From Clostridia bacterium (GTDB taxonomy: Bacteria; Bacillota; Clostridia; TANB77; CAG-465): a stretch of DNA of 42,241 nucleotides. The notes below the pieces were generated by a model, which saw only the letters and a list, made by a program, of their open reading frames with translations, ran no database searches and was not told the origin of the DNA. The stretch spans positions 1-42,241 of the forward strand of contig JAZSNU010000006.1 of assembly GCA_045536565.1 (NCBI GenBank). The letters run 5' to 3'. The position numbers were made by a program, and so were the translations under genes. Positions 9,780-17,000 of this stretch are shown here, piece by piece. Position 1 is the stretch's first letter. Every line of letters starts with the position of its first letter.

Positions 9780-10628
9780 AGACATATATAGTAAATCAAT
9801 ATTCTTTTTGCTCATGTTTACAAGTGGTAGTCTAGGATTACCTACATCAAAACCAAGTAGGTTCATTGCTTCTTTTATTGGTATTGGATTTACTTCGATA
9901 AATAGTTTAGAAATTAAATCAGATAGGTGAAGTTGAATATCTTTTGCTTTTTCAGTTTCACCTTCAAAATAATAGTTACACATATCATGTGTTTCTTTTG
10001 GCATTATATTAGACAGTACTGATATAACACCAGAGCTACCGATAGAAAGCATTGGAACAATAATATCATCGTTACCAGAAAAAACTAAGAAATCTTCTGA
10101 GGCTTCTGACAAAATTTTAATTGATTTTGCTACATCGCCAGAGGCTTCTTTTATACCTAAAATATTTGGATGCTGACTTAGTTCAATTATTACATCTGTA
10201 TCTATATTAAGACCAGTTCTGCTAGGTACATTATACATTATTGAGGGAATAGAAGTGTTATCTGCTATGTATTCATAATGTTTTATAATACCTTGTTTTG
10301 TTGTTTTATTGTAATACGGTGATACTAAAAGTATATAATCTGATCCTACATCTTCTGCATATTTAGACATTTTTAAACTCTTTTTAGTATCATTTGTTCC
10401 AGTTCCTGCAATAACTGGTATACGACCATTTACAGTATCTACTGTAAATTTTATAAGTTTTTTCTTTTCATTTTCTGATAAAGTAGCACTTTCACCAGTG
10501 GTTCCACATACGACTATTCCATCAATGTTATTTGTTATTTGAAATTCAATTAATTCCTCCATTTTTGAATAATTTATTCTACCATTTTTAAATGGTGTTA
10601 TAATTGCTGTAATAGAACCTTTTAACAT
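9756..10628 (-). CDS. dapA: 4-hydroxy-tetrahydrodipicolinate synthase
   Basis: GTTGES, PYYNK, YNVPSRTG, GIKEASG, SGND, NPIPIK. Start moved to ATG 10628 after AGGAG. Confidence 0.95.
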   Translation of the reverse strand: MLKGSITAIITPFKNGRINYSKMEELIEFQITNNIDGIVVCGTTGESATLSENEKKKLIKFTVDTVNGRIPVIAGTGTNDTKKSLKMSKYAEDVGSDYILLVSPYYNKTTKQGIIKHYEYIADNTSIPSIMYNVPSRTGLNIDTDVIIELSQHPNILGIKEASGDVAKSIKILSEASEDFLVFSGNDDIIVPMLSIGSSGVISVLSNIMPKETHDMCNYYFEGETEKAKDIQLHLSDLISKLFIEVNPIPIKEAMNLLGFDVGNPRLPLVNMSKKNIDLLYMSLKNVLGF

Positions 10629-10722
10629 ATTATCACTCCTTAAAAAGTATATATATAATATTTTATTAAAAAAATATATAATGGTTACAAAATAAAATGG
10701 AAAAAAATTACACAATATAATT

Positions 10723-10751
10723 GAATAAATTAAAAAGTTTAAGCCAAAATA
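10723..10751 (+). promoter_or_regulatory. SigG-like promoter for the DUF378 gene
   Basis: GAATA(10723-10727)-17-CAAAATA(10745-10751). Confidence 0.4.
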
Positions 10752-10791
10752 TTAATGTACAAAAAATAAATTTATGATTTAGGAGGTATTT

Positions 10792-10992
10792 ATGAAAGTA
10801 GTAAATAGTATTGTACTTGCTTTAATTGTAATTGGTGCTATAAACTGGGGTCTTATAGGATTATTTAACTTCAATTTAGTAACATATATATTTGGTGATA
10901 TGCAAGCAATTTCAAGACTTGTTTTTGCACTTGTTGGTATAGCAGGACTATGGAGTTTAACTTTCTTTGGTAGATTAGGTGAAGAAGAGTAA
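10792..10992 (+). CDS. DUF378 (YuzA-like) small membrane protein
   Basis: LIVIGAINWGLIGLFNFNLV..IFG....SR.VF.LVGIAGL; AGGAGG RBS. Confidence 0.9.
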   Translation: MKVVNSIVLALIVIGAINWGLIGLFNFNLVTYIFGDMQAISRLVFALVGIAGLWSLTFFGRLGEEE

Positions 10993-10999
10993 TAAAAAT

Positions 11000-11029
11000 G
11001 CCATATAGAAAATAAAAATTCTATATGGC
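11000..11029. terminator. bidirectional terminator hairpin
   Basis: GCCATATAGAA/TTCTATATGGC perfect 11-bp inverted repeat between convergent genes. Confidence 0.75.
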
Positions 11030-11038
11030 TATATATTT

Positions 11039-12034
11039 TTATTGCGCGTTTTCATTTCTTTCAAGTAGTTTTTCTAAAATTTGTACAGCATTTGATGCAG
11101 CACCTTTTCTAACATTATCTGCAACAACCCACATATTTAGTGAGTTTTTTCTTGAAAAATCTTTTCTTATTCTTCCAACAAAAACATCATCTTTATTTGT
11201 AGCAAATGTGTTTAGAGGATATATATTGTTTTTTATATCATCCATTAAAGCAATACCAGGACTTTTTGCTAAAAGTTGTTTTAAATTATCAATATCAAAC
11301 TCGTTTACAAATTCCACATTTATACTTTCAGCATGAGAGTTAAAGACAGGTACTCTAACGCATGTTGCAGTGATATCAATAGTTTCATCATTTAATATTT
11401 TTCGTGTTTCATTTATCATTTTTTCCTCTTCTTTTGTATAACCGTTATCTAAAAAAGTATCAATATGAGGAAGACAATTGTTATATATTCTATATGGGAA
11501 TTTTGTAGGCTCTTTGCCAAGGCTTGTTTCTATAAGATCATTTATTCCATTTACTCCTGCACCAGATACTGCTTGGTAAGTAGAATAGATTATTCTTCGT
11601 ATTTTATACATTTTGTGCAGTGGATAAAGTGCAACAACTGCTTGGATAGTAGAACAGTTAGGATTAGAGATAAGAAGTTTATCATATGCTTCTTTTATAT
11701 TTACTTCTGGTACCACAAGAGGAACATCATCATCCATTCTAAATCTACTACTATTATCTATAACAATAGTACCATATTTTGTGAATTGTTTTGCATATTT
11801 ATCACTTGTATTTGAACCCGCTGAAAATAGAGCATAAGTAAAGGCTCTTTCAGGAACATCTTCTGTTAATTCTTCGATAGTATATTCTTTATTCATAAAG
11901 GTTACTTTTTTACCTTTTGATTTACTTGATGCAAATAAATAATATTCATCAATGTTTAATTTTTTTTCTTCTAGTACTTTTAAAAAAGTAGAGCCAACAA
12001 GACCTGTTGCACCTACTATTGCACAAGTTATCAT
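11039..12034 (-). CDS. asd: aspartate-semialdehyde dehydrogenase
   Basis: VGATGLVG, DNSSRFRM, PEVN, NPNCSTIQ, YQAVSGAG, CVRVPV..SH, DNVRKGAASN. Start moved to ATG 12034 after GAGGTG. Confidence 0.95.
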   Translation of the reverse strand: MITCAIVGATGLVGSTFLKVLEEKKLNIDEYYLFASSKSKGKKVTFMNKEYTIEELTEDVPERAFTYALFSAGSNTSDKYAKQFTKYGTIVIDNSSRFRMDDDVPLVVPEVNIKEAYDKLLISNPNCSTIQAVVALYPLHKMYKIRRIIYSTYQAVSGAGVNGINDLIETSLGKEPTKFPYRIYNNCLPHIDTFLDNGYTKEEEKMINETRKILNDETIDITATCVRVPVFNSHAESINVEFVNEFDIDNLKQLLAKSPGIALMDDIKNNIYPLNTFATNKDDVFVGRIRKDFSRKNSLNMWVVADNVRKGAASNAVQILEKLLERNENAQ

Positions 12035-12103
12035 AAAAATAATCACCTCTGTATATTTTATTATCTACATTATACTCCTATGACATACAAAGGTTGTATA
12101 AAA

Positions 12104-12132
12104 TTGACATTTACATAAAACAAGTGTATAAT
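12104..12132 (+). promoter_or_regulatory. consensus sigma-A promoter
   Basis: TTGACA(12104-12109)-17 bp-TATAAT(12127-12132). Confidence 0.8.
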
Positions 12133-12207
12133 TAGAACTGTAAAAAATATATGGTAAAATTTGCTAATGAAATTTTAAATAAAAATAATAAAATGGAGGA
12201 GAATATA

Positions 12208-12477
12208 ATGAACATAACTAACAAGACAAAAGTCACTCTTTATATTGAAGGAGAGCGTGTTGTACCTGATGGGACCTATGAGAAAATGGAGATGGGATTT
12301 GATACTACAAATATTCATTCAAAAATAGGTAGTTGTAGGATAGTAACAGAATATGCTGAAAGAAAATTTAAAAATTTTGGAAAAATTGTTGCCTATGAAA
12401 CAGTGATAAAAGATAAACAAGGATTGAAAAATATCGTTGTTAGAGAGAAAAATAGCAAATTAAAAGACTGCGTATAA
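12208..12477 (+). CDS. hypothetical protein (89 aa)
   Basis: GGAGGA RBS 7 nt before ATG 12208, own promoter and terminator; no family recognised. Confidence 0.7.
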   Translation: MNITNKTKVTLYIEGERVVPDGTYEKMEMGFDTTNIHSKIGSCRIVTEYAERKFKNFGKIVAYETVIKDKQGLKNIVVREKNSKLKDCV

Positions 12478-12493
12478 AAATATGCAGCCTTTT
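12462..12493. terminator. bidirectional terminator
   Basis: AAAAGACTGCGTA/TATGCAGCCTTTT imperfect inverted repeat at convergent gene ends. Confidence 0.6.
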
Positions 12494-12495
12494 AT

Positions 12496-13395
12496 CTATC
12501 TTTGATTTTCTTTAAATTTATTTATAACATTTTCTATATCAAATGATATTAAGATATCATTTAAATACGAAAGAGAAGAATTATTATCAAAATCAAAAGT
12601 ATATTTATATGCGTAAAGCAGTTGACTTTTGTATCCAACCTTTTTGTTTATTTCATTAGTAGAATATTTAGGATCTCCAATTACAGGAGTATTTAAATAT
12701 TTCATATGAGCGCGTATTTGATGTGTTTTACCAGTATGTAACTTTATATCAAGTATCGAAACATTAAGATTAGGTATATATTCTAAAACAGAGTATTCGG
12801 TGACTACTTTACTTGAATTAGGTAGGTTTTTATCTACTATTTTTGAATATCCGTCTTGTTTGTTTTTTATAATATAACCATTTAAGATATCATGTTTTTT
12901 AGGTGTTTTACCGTATACGAATGTAATATAGTTTTTATGAATATAGTTGTTTTGAAATCCTTTTAAAATTTCTTCGTGACTCATTTCATCTTTAGAAAAT
13001 ATAACTAAACCTTCTGTATTAGTATCTAGTCTATGACATACTTTTATATTATCATTTCTTTTATCTTGTTTTACTGCAAATTCAAATGTTGAATTTGAAT
13101 TTGGGTTATGACATTCAATTCCTTTCGGTTTATATGCAACAAGTATGTTATCATCTTCATAGTAATAATCTATATGTGTAGGCAATCCTAATAAAATATT
13201 ATCGTTACAATATATTTCTATAACATCATTTTGCTTTACACTAATATCTTCTTTTTGTCTTATACCATTTAATTTTATATCCTTTAACCTAAATAGTTTG
13301 TATATTGCATTTTTAGGCATATTCGGAAAATGGTTATATATAACTTTTGAAATTTTTAATCCATTATTTTTATTATCTACAATTATCTTTTTCAT
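12496..13395 (-). CDS. RluA/RluC/RluD-family pseudouridine synthase with S4-like N-terminus
   Basis: YEDDNILVAYKPKG, CHRLDTNTEGL, LHTGKTHQIRAH, IGDPKY. Confidence 0.92.
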   Translation of the reverse strand: MKKIIVDNKNNGLKISKVIYNHFPNMPKNAIYKLFRLKDIKLNGIRQKEDISVKQNDVIEIYCNDNILLGLPTHIDYYYEDDNILVAYKPKGIECHNPNSNSTFEFAVKQDKRNDNIKVCHRLDTNTEGLVIFSKDEMSHEEILKGFQNNYIHKNYITFVYGKTPKKHDILNGYIIKNKQDGYSKIVDKNLPNSSKVVTEYSVLEYIPNLNVSILDIKLHTGKTHQIRAHMKYLNTPVIGDPKYSTNEINKKVGYKSQLLYAYKYTFDFDNNSSLSYLNDILISFDIENVINKFKENQR

Positions 13396-13402
13396 GATTA
13401 AT

Positions 13403-13431
13403 ATTATATATTAGATATATATAAAATACAA
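13403..13431 (-). promoter_or_regulatory. sigma-A promoter predicting a leaderless RluA-family mRNA
   Basis: Minus strand TTGTAT(13431-13426)-17-TATAAT(13408-13403)-7 nt-ATG(13395); no SD sequence. Confidence 0.55.
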
Positions 13432-13451
13432 GATATTTATTTTCTTAGGAA

Positions 13452-13500
13452 TTTTTGTCGAACGATTTTTGTTGACACTATATATTTCAACTAGTATAAT
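13452..13500 (+). repeat. direct repeat copy 1: promoter with TGTCGAA (Spo0A-box-like), TTGACA-17-TATAAT
   Basis: 36/39 identity of 13452-13490 with 14131-14169; TGTCGAA 13456-13462, -35 13472-13477, -10 13495-13500. Confidence 0.85.
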
Positions 13501-13574
13501 TTAATTATTATTTCAATAAATTTTATTTCATAGATGTTTAGTCTAATAATTTTAAATCTGCTAAGGAGTTTATA

Positions 13575-13959
13575 GTGCAATATATTGGCAAACTTAATTC
13601 AAAAATATTAGGAAAATATACGGATATATGTTTAACAGATGAAGTTATTTTAACTAATGAAAGATTATATGAACATATATTAATAAAGCATAGAAAAGAT
13701 TATGAAATGTTGTATTCATATTTAAAAGATATAGTAGAAAATCCAGACATTGTAATTGAAGATAATAAAAAAGAGAATACTCTAATTCTATTAAAAAATA
13801 TTTCTAATGTTCAAAAGTGGTAGAGTGGTAATAAAAATAGCAGTTGCCAAGGATCAAATACATTATAAAAATTCAATTATAACACTAATGAGGCTAAATG
13901 TTAGAACATGGAACCAAACATTAAGGAATAGAGGTCGTATTATTTATTCTAAATACTAG
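13575..13959 (+). pseudogene. PBECR2-like (phage-Barnase-EndoU-ColicinE5/D-RelE) nuclease-fold gene split by a +1 frameshift
   Basis: AAGGAG RBS + GTG; MQYIGKL...TDEVILTNER..HI..KH..DY......IVENPDIVIED. Frame stops at 13823, but the +1 frame continues GRVVIKIAVAKDQIHYKNSIITLMRLNVRTWNQTLRNRGRIIYSKY* to 13959, giving about 127 aa when joined. Confidence 0.7.
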
Positions 13960-13985
13960 ACAAATTGGGATAAAAATGGTAAAAT
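13957..13985 (+). promoter_or_regulatory. sigma-A promoter overlapping the end of the nuclease gene
   Basis: TAGACA(13957-13962)-17-TAAAAT(13980-13985) with extended -10 TG (13977-13978). Confidence 0.65.
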
Positions 13986-13991
13986 AAAAGT

Positions 13992-14126
13992 ATAATAATA
14001 TTGATTATTTGAAGTGGACAAATGTGCCATCCACGCACCCTAGTGGTCAAAAGAGATGTAAGATGTGGTACACCTACCAAATAATTATATTTGAGAGTTG
14101 TGGTAACATGACTCTCATTATTTTTT
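13992..14126 (+). ncRNA. candidate structured small RNA (multi-way junction with kissing loops)
   Basis: GC-richer island between a promoter and a terminator. Stems: 14002-14011/14078-14087, 14014-14018/14030-14034, 14037-14039/14045-14047, 14058-14062/14073-14077. Loop-loop pairing TGTGCCA(14023-14029)/TGGTACA(14066-14072). Confidence 0.65.
14092..14126 (+). terminator. intrinsic terminator
   Basis: TGAGAGTTGTG-GTAA-CATGACTCTCA followed by TTATTTTTT. Confidence 0.85.
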
Positions 14127-14130
14127 GCAT

Positions 14131-14179
14131 TTTTTGTCGAACGATTTTTATTGACACTATAAATTTAAATATATATAAT
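14131..14179 (+). repeat. direct repeat copy 2: promoter with TGTCGAA, TTGACA-17-TATAAT
   Basis: TGTCGAA 14135-14141, -35 14151-14156, -10 14174-14179; offset 679 bp from copy 1. Confidence 0.85.
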
Positions 14180-14262
14180 GTAACTATTCATTCAAAAACA
14201 TTTAAATCATGTATTTTAATTATATAGTTAATTCAAAAATATTTTTATCAAAAAGGAGGAAA

Positions 14263-15324
14263 ATGGATAGCTTAGATTCAAAAATTGATATATCAGATTT
14301 ATATAATAATATTCAAGAATTAATAGAAATATCTACAAACAATGTAAGAGTAAAAGTAAATTCTGAAATTACAATGCTTTATTATAATATAGGGAAAACA
14401 ATTAAAGAGAAGGTATTGAATTTTGAAAAGCCGGAATATGGAAAAGCAGTAATTGAAAGATTAAGTGACATGCTTGTTAAAAAATATGGTAGAGGGTACA
14501 GTCAGAGAAATATATTTAAAATGGTAAAGTTTTATGATTATTTTAAGAATGTTCAAATTTTGCCGACAGTGTCGGCAAAATTAAGTTGGTCACATTTTGT
14601 GGAGATAATACAGATAAAAGAGGAGATAAAAAGAAAGTTTTATCTAACAATGTGCATTCATGAGAATTGGTCTGTAAGAGTATTAAGAGAAAGAATTGAT
14701 TCTGCATTATATGAAAGAACACTAATATCTAAAAAGCCGGAAGAAACAATTGTAAATGAATTAAATATGTTAGCAAGTAAAAACAAAGTAAGTGAAGAAT
14801 TGTTTTTTCGTGATCCATATGTACTAGACTTCCTTGATTTAAAAGATACATATAGCGAAAAGGATTTAGAAAATTCCATATTAAATGAGTTGCAAAAATT
14901 TATTCTTGAACTAGGTAGTGATTTTGCATTTTTGAGTAGGCAGAAAAGAATTACAATAGATGGACAAGATTATTATATAGATTTGTTGTTTTTTCATAGA
15001 AGTTTAAATAGGTTAGTTATAATAGAATTGAAGTTAGAAAGATTTAAACCTGAACATAAAGGAAAAGTAGAATTGTATTTGAAATGGCTTAATAAATACG
15101 AAAGGCAAGATGGTGAAAATGAGCCAATAGCATTGATATTGTGTGCTAGTAAAAGTGATGCTATTGCAGAATTATTGGAGCTAAGCAATGCAGGTATACA
15201 TGTATCAGAATATATAACAAAATTAATTCCTAAAAATTTAATAGAAGAAAAGTTGATGAGTAGTATAAAAAATGCAAAGATAATGCTACAGCAGAGAAAT
15301 AAAAAAGACTATGATTTTAAGTAA
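14263..15324 (+). CDS. YhcG/DUF1016 family PD-(D/E)XK nuclease-domain protein
   Basis: YGRGYS.RN, LSWSH, WSVR.L, RDPYVLDFL, SEKDLE, FILELG.DFAF, YYIDLLFFHR, IELK. Start moved to ATG 14263 after AGGAGG. Confidence 0.9.
   Translation: MDSLDSKIDISDLYNNIQELIEISTNNVRVKVNSEITMLYYNIGKTIKEKVLNFEKPEYGKAVIERLSDMLVKKYGRGYSQRNIFKMVKFYDYFKNVQILPTVSAKLSWSHFVEIIQIKEEIKRKFYLTMCIHENWSVRVLRERIDSALYERTLISKKPEETIVNELNMLASKNKVSEELFFRDPYVLDFLDLKDTYSEKDLENSILNELQKFILELGSDFAFLSRQKRITIDGQDYYIDLLFFHRSLNRLVIIELKLERFKPEHKGKVELYLKWLNKYERQDGENEPIALILCASKSDAIAELLELSNAGIHVSEYITKLIPKNLIEEKLMSSIKNAKIMLQQRNKKDYDFK
14556..14582. repeat. perfect 27-bp palindrome inside the YhcG coding sequence
   Basis: AATTTTGCCGACA-G-TGTCGGCAAAATT (13-bp arms, 1-nt centre). 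Confidence 0.9.
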
Positions 15325-15341
15325 AATAGTGCTTTAAAAAG

Positions 15342-15370
15342 TTGCATTTTTGGTATATATGGTATATAAT
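15342..15370 (+). promoter_or_regulatory. sigma-A promoter for ppa-pheS-pheT
   Basis: TTGCAT(15342-15347)-17-TATAAT(15365-15370). Confidence 0.6.
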
Positions 15371-15426
15371 TTTTAGATGAATTAAAGGAAATAAATGTAA
15401 TTAAATTTGAGATTAGGAAAGAAGGA

Positions 15427-15966
15427 ATGAATATGTTTAATGCATGGCATGATTTTGATAGTAAAAGAATAAAGAAAGATAGATTTTGGGCTTTTATAGA
15501 AATACCAAAAGGAAGTAAAAATAAATATGAATTAGATAAAGAAACAGGACTTGTAAAATTAGATAGAGTGCTTAGCACATCAGTACAATATCCAGCAAAT
15601 TATGGGTTTATACCAAAAACTTATGCAAATGATGATGATCCTCTTGACGTACTTGTTTTGTGTCAAGAAGCAATACCTCAAAGTGTTATAATTGAAGTAA
15701 GACCAATAGGTGTTATGCTTATGGAAGATGATGGTCGTTTAGATGAGAAAATTATAGCTGTACCAGTAAAAGACATGGTATATTCATCATTTAAAAAGTT
15801 AGAAGATTTACCAGTTCATTTAACAATTGAAATGGAACATTTCTTTAATGTGTATAAGACTTTTGAAGAGAAAAAAGTAGAAATTAGGGGCTTTATGGGA
15901 AAAGAAGATGCAATAGAAATTGTTGATAAGTGTATAAAAGCATACAAAGAAAAATTTGGAAAGTAG
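15427..15966 (+). CDS. ppa: family I inorganic pyrophosphatase
   Basis: EIPKGSKNKYE, LDR, YPANYGFIP, DDDPLDVLV, DEKIIAV, HFFNVYK. Confidence 0.93.
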   Translation: MNMFNAWHDFDSKRIKKDRFWAFIEIPKGSKNKYELDKETGLVKLDRVLSTSVQYPANYGFIPKTYANDDDPLDVLVLCQEAIPQSVIIEVRPIGVMLMEDDGRLDEKIIAVPVKDMVYSSFKKLEDLPVHLTIEMEHFFNVYKTFEEKKVEIRGFMGKEDAIEIVDKCIKAYKEKFGK

Positions 15967-15974
15967 GAACAAAT

Positions 15975-16988
15975 ATGAAAGAAAAATTAGAAAATATAAA
16001 AGAATTAGCCATAAATGAAATAAATTCTTGCACAAATGAACAAGATTTATTAAAAATAAAATCTGTTTATTTAGGAAAAGATAGTGAAATAATGAGTGTT
16101 ATGAAATCAATGAAAGATTTATCTATTGAAGAAAAAAAAGAAGTAGGTAAACTTGCAAATGAAATTAAAGGAATGATCGATTCATTAATAAAAAATAAAA
16201 TGAATGAATTGGTTAACAAAAAAGAAAGTAAGAAAACATTTGATAACACATTACCAGTAGAAGAAAAAATAGGTTCTCTTAGCCCTATTACAATCGTTGC
16301 AAATGAGGTTGCAGAGTCTTTGAAAAAAATGGGATTTATCATAGTATCAGGACCAGAAATGGAAAAAGAATACTATAACTTTGAGGCTCTAAATATTCCT
16401 AAAAATCATCCTGCAAGAGATATGCAAGATACATATTGGACTGATTTAGGTGATGTTTTAAGAACTCATACTTCACCAGTACAAGCAAGAAGTATGGAAA
16501 AATATGGGGCACCACTCAGAATGGCAGCACCAGGAAGATGTTTTAGAAATGAAGATTTAGATGCATGTCACGAAAATACTTTCTTCCAATTAGAAGGTAT
16601 GGTTATAGATAAGGAAGTATCAATAAGTAACTTAATATATGTAATGAAAAATATATTAAAAGAGATATACAAACAAGATGTAGAAGTAAGATTAAGACCG
16701 GGATTTTTCCCATTCGTAGAACCAGGATTCGAGCTAGATATAAAATGCTTAATCTGTGAAGGTGATGGATGTCCAACTTGTAAAAATAGCGGGTGGCTAG
16801 AACTTTGTCCTTGCGGAATGATACATCCAGAAGTACTTAGAATGGGAGGTATAGATCCTGATGAGTATAGCGGATTTGCTTTTGGAATAGGGTTAACTCG
16901 TATGGCAATGATGAAATATAAAATAAATGATATAAGAGTCTTAAATTCTGGCGATATCAGACATTTAAATCAATTTGGAATTAACTAG
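15975..16988 (+). CDS. pheS: phenylalanine-tRNA ligase alpha subunit
   Basis: NFEALNIP..HPARDMQDT, LRTHTS, FFQLEG, FPFVEP, GFAFGIG; start moved to ATG 15975. Confidence 0.95.
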   Translation: MKEKLENIKELAINEINSCTNEQDLLKIKSVYLGKDSEIMSVMKSMKDLSIEEKKEVGKLANEIKGMIDSLIKNKMNELVNKKESKKTFDNTLPVEEKIGSLSPITIVANEVAESLKKMGFIIVSGPEMEKEYYNFEALNIPKNHPARDMQDTYWTDLGDVLRTHTSPVQARSMEKYGAPLRMAAPGRCFRNEDLDACHENTFFQLEGMVIDKEVSISNLIYVMKNILKEIYKQDVEVRLRPGFFPFVEPGFELDIKCLICEGDGCPTCKNSGWLELCPCGMIHPEVLRMGGIDPDEYSGFAFGIGLTRMAMMKYKINDIRVLNSGDIRHLNQFGIN

Positions 16989-17000
16989 GAGGCGGAAAGA

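Noticed and set aside
14002-14126. Structured RNA as a riboswitch/attenuator for the YhcG gene, a tRNA, or a hammerhead ribozyme
   Set aside because: YhcG has its own promoter after the terminator. I see no SAM-I, T-box or lysine core motifs, no TTC T-loop cloverleaf, and no CUGAUGA/GAAA core. An Rfam scan is still needed.
13452-14169. Direct repeats as a CRISPR array or IS ends
   Set aside because: Only two copies 679 bp apart, each a promoter; no cas or transposase gene and no terminal inverted repeats.
14009-14227. 72-aa ORF in the ORF track
   Set aside because: TTG start without an RBS, and it runs through the structured RNA, a terminator and the next promoter; better explained as non-coding.
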